The translations under genes and the position numbers were made by a program. A stretch of 64,000 bases of DNA from Phyllosticta citribraziliensis (lineage: Eukaryota). How positions within the stretch are numbered: the stretch's first letter is position 1; the number at the start of each line of letters is the position of its first letter. Under the pieces are notes generated by a model, which saw only the letters and a list, made by a program, of their open reading frames with translations, made no database searches and was not told the DNA's origin. Of this stretch, positions 22,063 to 32,612 are shown piece by piece. The stretch lies in assembly GCF_038025025.1 (NCBI RefSeq), contig NW_027117354.1, positions 1 through 64,000 on the forward strand, in the 5' to 3' direction.

Positions 22063-24966
22063 CTACTTCTTCGGCAACTCGCCAAAGACCCTCTTGAAAA
22101 TCTCCTTGCTCTTGTACAGATTGACGAGCCGCAAGCGCTCGTTGTCCAAATGTGCGCTATCGCTCGCCTGGCCGCACGGCAGGTGGGCGGCGGGCGCGTT
22201 GAACTCCTTCTCAAGCAGGCGGATCGACGGGATGGAGCCGCCCTCGCGGATGTACAGCGGCCGGCGCGGCGGCTTTTGTGTCGCCGCCGTGGGGTCGGCG
22301 CTCGTCTTCTCGGCCGGCGGCGTCACGCTGCCCGTCGCGAGCGTCGACGATGTGGTTGTTGTCAATGCGGCGGTTGTGGTGGGGGAGCGCGGCGTCGAGT
22401 GCGCCGGGACGTCAAAGTAGCCGCCGCCGTTGCTGTTGGTTGAGGAGGAGGTGGTGGTGGTGGTGGCGGATGCGGAGGAGTTGTTGTTGGAATTAACACT
22501 GGCACGTGCGGCAGCGGCTGCGTTGGCCGCCGTCGTCAGGTTGATGCTGCTGCGCCGCCGCTCTTCGACCGGGTGCCACACGTCGATGATGGCGTCCTCT
22601 AGTGTCTGGTAGATCTGGTTGCGAAAGTCGCCCAGCCACGGCTCGGCCAGGTGGTCGATGGTGATGGTGAGGGTGTTTTTGGAGCCAATCTCGTCAAACG
22701 CCGCGTGCAGGAACTCGGTCAGCGCTTTGGCTACTTGCGTCGCTTCTTGGTTGGGCACCAGGCGCAGCGAGATGGGCGCTTGTGCGAGCCGCGGGATGAT
22801 GGTTGAGTTTTTGGGCCCGGAAGTGTGGAATCTGTGGATGGTCAGGGATGCTTCGCGCCACCGCTTGATGAGCGATTCTGCAAGAGCGTCCGCGTCTCCA
22901 AGATCGGGATTGCGCGCAATGAGGGAGTGCGTGATTTCAGTGTAGAGCGCCCTCTCGTCATCGCCGATTGGCGGTACAGGGTCGTAAAAGCCAGGAATCT
23001 GAATTTTGCCTTGCGGACCACTGAGTCTTGCGAGCAACATGACAAGGTCTTTTAGTGACTCGTCAAGCAATGAGCTTCCATCGACACCACTGTGCAAGTC
23101 AGGGTGCGGGCTTTCAACTTGGACTGTGGCGTGAATCACACCGCGAAGGCCATAGGTCAGGCAGGGAACGTGGTCATCGAGCCAGTAACTGTTGGCCAAC
23201 AGGATCCAATCCACGTCTCCGATGAGCTTCTTGTTTTCGCGCACTGCTTCGGCAAATCCACGCGAGCCGGATTCTTCTTCTCCTTCGATGAGGAAGATTA
23301 TATCCGAGTCCAAGGCGTGCTCCTCGAGCAGTTCGGCAACGGCAAAGATGGCGGCCATGATTGGGCCTTTGTTGTCCGAGGTTCCTCGGCCGTAAAGATA
23401 TCCATCGATGCCCTCCATGGAAAATGGATCCGTAATCCACTTTCCATTCTCGTTCTCAGCAGCAATGACGTCGTAATGTCCGTAGAATAAAATCTTTTTT
23501 CTTTGGCTCGAAGTCTTTGGATTGCCCCTGAATTTGGCAAAGATGACGGGGTTGAAGGGATCCTCAGTCTTCAGCATCTCGGTATGCGCGCCGAAATTCC
23601 TAAAGACGGAGCGGAGATAGGATGCGCCTCGTCGACAGTCGGCCTTGTATCGCGGGTTGGACGAAATGGTGCGGTAGGACACGAATCTTTTGAGGGATTC
23701 AAAAAGCCGCTCTGTTGCTGTCAGCGAGTCCAATCGCCAAGCTGATTCGACCTACCATTGCTCGTAGCAGTCGGCCTTGCAGGAGTGACTTGGCAATCTC
23801 GAACATCCCAAACAGCCGTGGTGGCGTCGTTGCCTCCTGTCACGTAAATGGGCCTGCCTCTAGACGTGGTAAAGGCGGACGCAAGCACAAGACCCTCGTG
23901 GGCCTGAAACTTGGTGACAGTCTCATATTGGCGGTTGAGCTTTTGCACATATCCTCGATCACCAGCAGCGAAGAGGAATCCACCACCAAGGACAATCGAC
24001 AAGACATCGCCAACCTGAGTCTTGACACTTCTGACAAGCTGTTTGGTCTCGAGGTCCCACACGTTGATTTCTCCTTCTGGCCGTCCACTGTAGAGAAAGG
24101 TCCCATCCAAGACTATGGCCTGGACGGGGTTTCCTTCGTCCCGGCCATCTTCTAATTGGTGCAACTCGCGGATTCTACCGCCATCTTCTTGATCGAATCC
24201 CCAGATTTTGATTATGCCATCACCACCTCCGGATATCAAGACCTCGTGCTCGGCGAATCCAGCGATCGAGCCGCTGGCCAGCAGCATGCAATACACGTAG
24301 CCATAGTGCGCAAACTGATGAATGTACTGCTTATCCAATTCTAGAACCTGGCCGCCTTTTGCGTCGCGAGGGCCGTCTGAATAGTCTGGCCTAGGAGTCT
24401 GGATGCCTCCAGGACCTAGAGAATCAAAGAAGCGGTCTTTGCGAAAGATTGGATGCGCTGTCGGATGCGGCTGCGGGCGAGTGTCCCGTTCCTTGAGATT
24501 GTACCACTGGATGCTGGTATTTTGAGCGCCAAGATAGATTGTCTCGTGGGTAGCCGAGTAGGACACGCAAAAGACGTCACCAATGTCGTAGGTTGAATAG
24601 ATGGAGTAAACCCGGGCAAAGGTGCGCGCATTCCAGACCTGATTTCTCGGTCAGCCATGAGTCACTGAAGAGGTGGCATGGGGCACCCGCATTGACAATC
24701 CGGTCACCGGCGCTGGAGAACAGGAGTTGTTGGTCCTGGGAGAGGCATAGACCAAGGACGCTTCCGCGATGGCCGCTGATTAGAGCGACGCGCTCGTACG
24801 TCTCGAGGCCGTAGACCAGGATCTCACCGCCTTCGGTTCCGGCAAAGATGTATTGGGAGGAGACGGCCAGAGCAAGAATGGACTTGTCATGTCTCATGCG
24901 ATGGAAGAGGTTTGGAGTAATCGGCTGCTGGGTTGGGGCAGCCATGGCGATTGTACCGGAAGCCAT
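22063..24966 (-). CDS. dug2: Dug2 glutathione-degradation protein (WD40 + M20 peptidase); exons 24966-24691, 24638-23756, 23711-22063
   Basis: WD40 repeats (GHRGSVLGL, LISGGGDGIIKIW, VTGGNDATTAVWD) fused to M20 motifs LFYGHYDVI, YGRGTSDNKGP, EGEEESGS and REGGSIP...AHLDNER. Confidence 0.93.
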
Positions 24967-26642
24967 TGCCGGCTTGTCATGATTTCTCGCGGGGACAAAA
25001 GGGTCTAGCAGGTACAGTCGTCAGCAGCGCGAGGGTGGAGCTTGAACGGCGGTGAAAGGTGTGATTTAGGTTGGCAGGTCTCCACCGCGGGTCAAGTCTT
25101 AGGGAATGTGGAGCGACGCGAACGGGATCGGAGCGCGCCGTCGGGCCGATTGAGAGCCCCGGCCGTCCAACCTAAGTCACCCGAATGGAAGAGGAACGGA
25201 AACGACCAAACCAAACGGAACCAAAGCTCTTCCAACGTTGACTTACCACTCTGTCCATACTGTGATTCGCCGCACCCTTGTCTCCGTCCGATACCGAAAT
25301 CAGCCCCGCATTTCATGGTTCTCGACAAGCGCAGGTCCAACATGCTTCGCCCGGCTGAGCTGCACCCGGCAAAGTCCAACGACTGGATCAGATCTTGTCT
25401 CGACTGCGTCAACAACTGACCATGTGAGCTTCGAGGAGGTTGAGCGCCAGTCGGAGGATTTTCCCCGCCAAAGATGTTTTTATAAGCGCCAGCTGGACGG
25501 GGCTCCGCGTTTCGACTTTGATCTGTTCCGTGCGCCGCGACGGACGAATGAAGAGTCATTTTGACGCCGAGTGGTCTTGCAACGACGCGTTACGCAATGA
25601 CGAGATTTCTCCTGGCGATGGCACCTCCAGGCACTCCATTTGGCAGCAGGAAGCGATGAAGGGGAGGCGATTGTGGCTTGCTCTGATGCTTCCACAATCA
25701 GCCAGCTTTTGCCGCCGCCTGCAGGAACGAGATGGTTCCAGGTCATGGAGGACTGGCCATGGAAAGAGAGAGTCGAGACAAGCCAGGCTTTTAGCAACTC
25801 GAGACGGTGCATGTCCATGTGCCATCGGAAAAAAAGACAGTCTACGGCTGGCAAACATGTAGCGCGAAAACGACGAAAATGAGCAGTAGCGGACAGAGGA
25901 GCGGTCGATTTGGTTGGGCATGAATGAGGCTCGGGATGGACAAATGAATGCATGCAACGTCGAGCGTCAGCTACATGTAGTACGGATAGACAGACTGCAG
26001 TCGATCAGTGGCGCAGCGGGGATGGTTTAGTATGTGGCTGTGGCGGCAGTGGCGGCAAACAGCAAACGAGGAACCCAGCGGCGCTGAAGTCGAAACCCAA
26101 CGGGCGACCATTGCTTGCTCTCCTGACTCTTGTCCGTTGTCGAGGCTGCTGCGGGTTTACATCAGCTGCATCGACACGCACGTCTCTTGCATGCGTCAGT
26201 CACAGTGCAGCCGGTATCCGTAGACGACCTGACCGATGGCGATAACCTAGCGCGAGGGCCGCGCCGAAGTCTGGGTTCTGAAGCGCCATGCCTGCAGCAC
26301 ATCAGGAGCGTCCTCCCCGCCAACAAACCACCGCGAGCCACGCCCTCATCTCCATCTGATTCGTCGCCAAATTCCCGCTTCCCCGGTTTCTCGCAGTCCA
26401 GACATCATTCCACGCACTTCGCCCCGGCTTGACGTGCCCACCTAAATGGCCGCCGCCCTCCTCTCTCTCCCTCTGACCCTTTGGCATTGGACCCCTTAAG
26501 AATATACTTTGCCCTTGCGTCCTTCAGATCCAAGTCCAACCTTGTTGCTGCAGCTCGCCTTTCGCCTGCATCCTTGCTACGACTCTGTCGCTCTTTCTTC
26601 GTTCCACAACCTTGGCCTGCGTCCAAACTGCAGACCTCCAGG

Positions 26643-27877
26643 ATGGTGGCACTTGGGCAAACCATTACCATTGTCAACAAGTCTGGCAAGGTCGTCAAGA
26701 CTGTACGCCCCCCCTCTTCTTTTTCGGCATCGTCATCTGACTCATCCAGAGCCAACACCTTGTCAACGTCTTCAAAGAGGCCAAGTCGGCCTATCGCGAG
26801 CGCAAGGCCGAGATCAAGGCTGTCCGCGATGCCGAGGTTGAGCAGAGGCGCATCGAGCGCCGGCTGGAGAACTTGAGAATCGACGACGGCCAGTCCGAGT
26901 CGTCCAAGCGATCCAAAAAGACCAAAAAGTGGAGGTCAAGCAACGACAAACCCCCGCTAGAGCGTGGTTACACCGAGACGTTTGCCGATGAAGAAACCCC
27001 TCGTGACGATAATCACGACGCGCTCGCGCGGCGGTACACGGACGGCCTCTTTCTCAGACGCTCCAAGTCCAGCAAACGAGATTCCAGGGACTCGGTCGAT
27101 TTGGACCTAGCATATGGAGAGATTCCTCCCCCTCTTCCCGACCACCGCGCCGAAGAGGAACTGGAGCTCCGCGACAAGGTCAATGGTCTCACGAGGATCC
27201 TCGACGAAGCCAATTGCGTCCATCATTCTGTCACGTCCATGATTGGCAGTCTTGAAAAGAATCCAGACGCATTGGCTGCCGTCGCTCTCACCTTGGCCGA
27301 GATTAGCACCATTGTCACCAAACTTGGACCCGGAGCATTGACAGTCCTCAAGGGCAGCTTTCCAGCCGTCGTGGCCCTTTTGGCAAGCCCGCAATTCATG
27401 ATTGCAGCTGGAGTTGGTGTTGGCGTCACCATCGTAGCCCTCGGAGGCTACAAGATCATCAAGAAGATTACCACCAAGACCGAGGAAAAGCCCCTGGAAT
27501 ATGGCGGACCAGTCAAGCCGATCGAGGAAGGCAATGATCGATACGTCTTGGATGAGCTTGAACCCCCCGAGCTCAGCCGCATTGAAAGATGGCGTCGAGG
27601 CATCGCAGACGTTGCGGCCAACAGCGTCGGCACCAACGTCGAACACGAGTTGGTCACTCCCGGCGCCGCAGACCGCTTCATTGAAGAAGGTCTCATCAAG
27701 GAGGACGACCTCAAATCGCGCCGGAGCAAAAAGACGACCCGCAGCTCAAAGCCGCGAAAGACTCACAAGTCTGAAAAGACTTTCAAGTCGGACAAGTCGG
27801 ACAAGTCTGACCGGGACAAACGTCCCAAACCCAAGAAAGAGCCCTCGGGCTTGCGCATGCTGTTCAAAAGCTCTTGA
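26643..27877 (+). CDS. Conserved-looking fungal hypothetical protein with a hydrophobic hairpin and Lys-rich C-terminus; exons 26643-26702 and 26750-27877
   Basis: MVALGQTITIVNKSGKVVKT|SQHLVNVFKEAKSAYRERKAEI joins in frame to the 334-aa ORF through a GTACGC...CTGAC...CAG intron; strong coding codon bias. Confidence 0.82.
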
Positions 27878-28374
27878 CCACGTTTTACGATATTTCCTTT
27901 TCCGTTTTAGATGACAGGCGCATGCCATGATGTTTGTTTGCGAAAGATACCATTCAGAGTGTTGGGGGACGTCATTCCGGCTTTCGGCGATTGTATGAGT
28001 TGTTTTCGGCCAAAACTTGGCCTTTTCAGGCGTTTGAGTCGCGTGTGTAGATGATAGCGAATCGCATAATGAGAGCTTTTTCTAGGACCCTTCTTGGCAA
28101 TGCTTAAAGGGTGCCGGCGGTCCCTGAAGGTTTTGTTGATGTCACCGCGGGCATCATGGCGGGTGAGTCACGTGATACTGGCAAGTCGGTCGACTTACAT
28201 TTTTCCCCGGCGGAGCGGCGCATCATCACCATCCAGCCTCGCAACCCAACGCCAACGCCCACGAGCCAACCTCTCGCGCCCGACCCTTCGACACCTCTCC
28301 GTCGTCAATCCTCCATCTCGTTGTAGCAGTTGCAAGCCACACCCAACAAACTCTTCCGTCTCGTCAACTTCGCC

Positions 28375-28973
28375 ATGGACCACTCGAGAGATCCTTGCCC
28401 GTGGGTTGCTCTGTCCGACTTTGGTGGTGCGTTTTGTATGGGAGTATGTCGTATCCCCCTCTTCCATAGACTCTGCTAACGATTCCAGGCCATCGGTGGT
28501 GCAGGTACGATTCGAGTTCCCTCCTCAAGCAACCTCTACTCACAATCGGACAGTATGGCACGGGATCAAAGGTTTCCGCAACTCGCCGTATGGTGAGCGC
28601 AGGATAGGCGGTACGTGATGCACAACCGACGAAAAGGCTCGTCTGACAAGGCACAGCAATCACGGCCATCAAGGCGCGTGCACCAGTACTGGGCGGCAAC
28701 TTTGGCGTCTGGGGCGGTCTCTTCAGCACCTTTGATTGCGCCGTCAAGGGCGTCCGCAAGAAGGAAGACCCGTGGAACGCTATCATCGCGGGCTTCTTCA
28801 CCGGTGGTGCCCTCGCCGTCCGCGGCGGTCCCAAGGCTGTCCGCAACGGCGCCATTGGCTGCGCCATCCTCCTTGCCGTCATCGAAGGCGTCGGCATCGG
28901 CTTCCAGCGTATGATGGCCGAGAACACGCGACTCGAGGCCCCGCCGCCGCCGCCGCAAACGCAGGCCGCTTAG
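28375..28973 (+). CDS. tim17: Mitochondrial import inner membrane translocase Tim17; exons 28375-28443, 28489-28504, 28554-28610, 28657-28973
   Basis: [105 protein letters not shown]. The ORF track misses it because of the introns. Confidence 0.97.
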
Positions 28974-30151
28974 GATTCTCTGCTTCGGCTTGGGTTAACG
29001 GGGAGCTAAGGGGAGCTGGCCCACACACAAATAACCTCCGTCCGGGGGTGGCAACGGGCTGGCAAATAGCCGGAGTTCAGACAAAATTTTGGGATATCAT
29101 GGAGTGGGTTGTGGAAATCTTTTTGGTGTGCGCGCATGCCAATGGAAAATACGCCGATCCGAGGAACGTCACTCGCGTCTCCAGACAATCATCGGCAACG
29201 TACTGAGGGATACACCAAAAAGCTTCCAGAAACAAGGGAATCGGTATACGGCAACAACGACAACGGCAGTCTGTTCTTCGGCGGGTGTACCAATCGCGCC
29301 TCTTGGGAGACGGCGCTTCGGTCACTGCTACTCCAGCTCGCGCGTCACACGGTTTCTCTTTTACTCGTTCTAGACAGCACGACATGGCGTTTTTGTATTT
29401 GTCGGTTTCGTTCGACGCTCACACACCACTCCACTTCTTCCTGTTTCTTTACATTTTTCTCGTCGAATTTTCGGAGATTTTTGGAATCACAAACTCCTTC
29501 CCTCCTCCGACTCTGGTGGCTGGCAGCAGAAGCTTGAATGCGGCTGCTGCGTTGTCTGCGAGTCTTGTATCATACACCGAGGCGGCGGAAGAAGCAGAAG
29601 ACCGTGGCAGAGGTGTGCCGGCCACGCCGGGCACCATCTACTGAGATAATGGCGTTGGATGGGGGTAAATGTTTTGAATTGCCGACTAGATGGTGGGAGT
29701 CTGAATTGATGAGAAATTCTCTAAGCCCTTTGCATTTGGCTGTTCTGCCTTCTCTATTTCACCACCATTTATTCGACTCGATTGCAGTGTTGGAGAAGAA
29801 ATGAAGCTCAAGGTACGCGGAGCCCCTGGTCCCAACATCGTCAAGGACGCTGACGACATGACAGGCAGGCAATCGTGCTGAATGCTTCCACGCGGCGTGA
29901 CTGTCAGCCAGACTCCGCTCGTCCAGCGAGCTGCTCTTGACGCTTCACTCACCTCGGCGAGCGTCGATGAGCTCAAAACTCGCGCTCCGCTGCGTCGCGG
30001 TCGTCTACTCGCTACTCCTACACCCCAACACCCTCACTTCCACCGGAAGTCGCCTGGCGCTGCTGGGACCATCACTTCCTCCTCTACTCCATTCTGACTG
30101 ACTGTCTTCGCCTTGTGCCACCTACGACCAACAAGTCAACGAAAAGTCGCC

Positions 30152-31390
30152 ATGCCCAGCCCGTGTGACTTTGGCTGCAAGCACTGTAGGGGAACTGGCG
30201 AGGCACTCAACTATGACTTTGGAAGCGACGAAGAGAGCAACAAGGCCGACAGCAGCGATGACGAGTTCTCTGACCTTCAAGATGAACTTGATGACGACGA
30301 CGACGACCAAGATGACGACCAAGACGGCGCCCGCGTCAAAAGCAACGACCTCAAGTGCCTCGACCAGGAAGACACGATCCAAGAGCAGCAGGAGCAGATC
30401 GAGACGCTGGAGCTCGACATCGAAAAAGAAGCGCAGAGGCAGCAGCAGGCCATTGACGAAATGCACAGCCGCGTCCAGCGCAAACGCCGCTCGCTGCGCC
30501 ACCAACGCAGGCAAATCCGCCAGCTGGAGCAGGGCCGCGAGCGGCACGAAGCCATCATCGCGCGCCTCGAGGGCCGCTACTCGCGCCGTGTCAAGCGCTT
30601 CGAGGCTCGCGAGCGGAAGCGCGATCGCCTCAAGAAGCGCGTCGCCTGGCGCGGCCGCCGCATCGCGGAGCACGAGAGCAGCATCCGCCTGCTCAAGGAC
30701 GAAGCGCTGGCGCATGTGGAGCGCGACGAGCTGCGCGACGCGCAGCTGGGCATGCTGGCTGAGATTGTGGAGTTGCAGAGAGCCAAGATTGAAGTGCTGG
30801 AGGGGCAGGCTGGGGACAGGGGAAGGGGAAGGGAGAGGGAGACGCAAGCTGGAGGGGAGGGGCAGCAGCAGGGCGGGATCGACATCTTGGGCCATGTTGA
30901 CGATGCATCCCTCACTGAAGCGGAGCAGGGCGAGCTCAAGAAAATTGACAACACGAAAAGGTCCAGAATGCCGTCGTCCATGGGCAGACTTCAGCGGGCT
31001 CTTCCCGAGGCCAGGAGGGAAAAGAGCAGCCTGGTGTGGTTGGAGTGTGACGACATCAGGAGGCATAAATTTCCGAACGCCATGAGCCGTCGCCGGGGCG
31101 AGCAGACTGAGACCATGATGGCGACAGACATGGGGAAGGGGGCGAGTTCGACGACGACGACAACGACAGGCTCGAGTCTCCAGAAATCATCCCCGGGCGT
31201 CCTGAGCAGCCGTGCTCCAAAGACCAACATACAGAAGTCCCCGACCAAGAGCCGCCTTCGTCAGGTTCCATATATTGGAGACCCTCGCGCCTCGAGACCT
31301 CGAGCAAGAGCCCCAGGAGATACCGGTCCGACACTGCGCGAGGCGCTGCTCTGGTCTACACGTCGAGAAGCTACTTTGAGGAATTCGTAA
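30152..31390 (+). CDS. Hypothetical protein: N-terminal CxxCxGxG motif, acidic tract, long coiled coil; 3' part uncertain
   Basis: Open frame from the ATG at 30152 (GTCGCCATG context) with coding-like codon use to about 30950; heptad-rich Q/E/R segment; no family recognised. Confidence 0.6.
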   Translation: MPSPCDFGCKHCRGTGEALNYDFGSDEESNKADSSDDEFSDLQDELDDDDDDQDDDQDGARVKSNDLKCLDQEDTIQEQQEQIETLELDIEKEAQRQQQAIDEMHSRVQRKRRSLRHQRRQIRQLEQGRERHEAIIARLEGRYSRRVKRFEARERKRDRLKKRVAWRGRRIAEHESSIRLLKDEALAHVERDELRDAQLGMLAEIVELQRAKIEVLEGQAGDRGRGRERETQAGGEGQQQGGIDILGHVDDASLTEAEQGELKKIDNTKRSRMPSSMGRLQRALPEARREKSSLVWLECDDIRRHKFPNAMSRRRGEQTETMMATDMGKGASSTTTTTTGSSLQKSSPGVLSSRAPKTNIQKSPTKSRLRQVPYIGDPRASRPRARAPGDTGPTLREALLWSTRREATLRNS

Positions 31391-31764
31391 GCAGCCATCG
31401 TCTTCCGCCATGCGCTGAGGGCCCTCCGCGCCTTGCTTCTCCTGAGACGAGGACCACTCCGCCCAGCTGAGAGAAGGGCGGCTTGACCGATGAAGGAAAC
31501 TGTGGAGGACGGAGAAGGCATTCAAAGGCCGGACAGGGGGTACATGGCAAACAGGCAAACAAGCAAAATCCATCGTTTTCCCGGTGGTGCACAAACAGAA
31601 AGGCATGCGTCGGTCCAAATCAAATCACGTACAAAGCAGAGAGCACCAAAATCCACCACTACGACGCACCGAACCTGTTCCATCTATGGTAGCAAACGCC
31701 GAGGTAGCGGCTTTGGCTGGCCAACAGTCCGAGATATAACTTCTAGCATACATGGGAGTATTTG

Positions 31765-31767
<3 letters not shown>

Positions 31768-31800
<33 letters not shown>

Positions 31801-32250
31801 TAGGCTACATCTTGCTGTCCAACAACTACTTCCCCTTTCCCTCGCTTCCTGTTTTGCGTTCGTCTTCTCGCCATGCCGAATGGCAGGCAGGCTGACGATA
31901 TATCGTCAACAGATGAGCACCGCTGCGACACCCACCCACCCACCCTTCCCGCCCCGCCCGCCACACACAGAAGAAGAAGAAGAAGAAGAAGAACCCACGA
32001 CGCGAGTCGAAATGCCCAGAGGAAGCGGGACTCGAGATCGCGGAAAGAAGAGAGATGGCGAGATGGGCCTTCGAGCAACGTCGTCGAGTCTGTTTGTTCC
32101 AACTCTCTCTACCACCACCATCGAGATGAAGCTTTTCCCGCTTGGGGAAACGGTGTTGCCGGATAGGTAACTTCGTGTCCTGCCTATGTACCGGCCGGAA
32201 CGCCCTTTGCCTGTCCACCCTCCTCCCCTGCCCCTTGCCATACACACACA

Positions 32251-32291
<41 letters not shown>

Positions 32292-32525
32292 TGCGTGAAG
32301 AATAGGTACATTTCTATATGACTCTATTTGAATGTACTCCAAAAGGAAAAGGGGGGTAATCCACCACCACCACCACCACCACCACCACCACCAATACTTT
32401 AGTCCAATTCCAATTCCAAAACCGCCAAAAGACGTATCGCTTCTACCCAGTGTGAGTGATGATGGTCCAAGATTGCCCGCCTGCCTACCTGCCTGCCTAC
32501 CTGCCTGCCTGCCTGCCTGCCTGCC
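31768..32525. repeat. Microsatellite mosaic: (GAC)n 31768-31800, (GAA)n 31971-31993, (AC)n(AG)n 32242-32291, (CCA)n 32361-32392, (CCTG/CCTA)n 32478-32525
   Basis: Tandem repeats read directly. Confidence 0.92.
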
Positions 32526-32612
32526 TTTCGCATTTCGCATCTTCGTCTTGTATCCAATCCTGTCGAACCCGTCCACCCCCATCCAACCCACGCCCTACAC
32601 TACGCACTCCCC

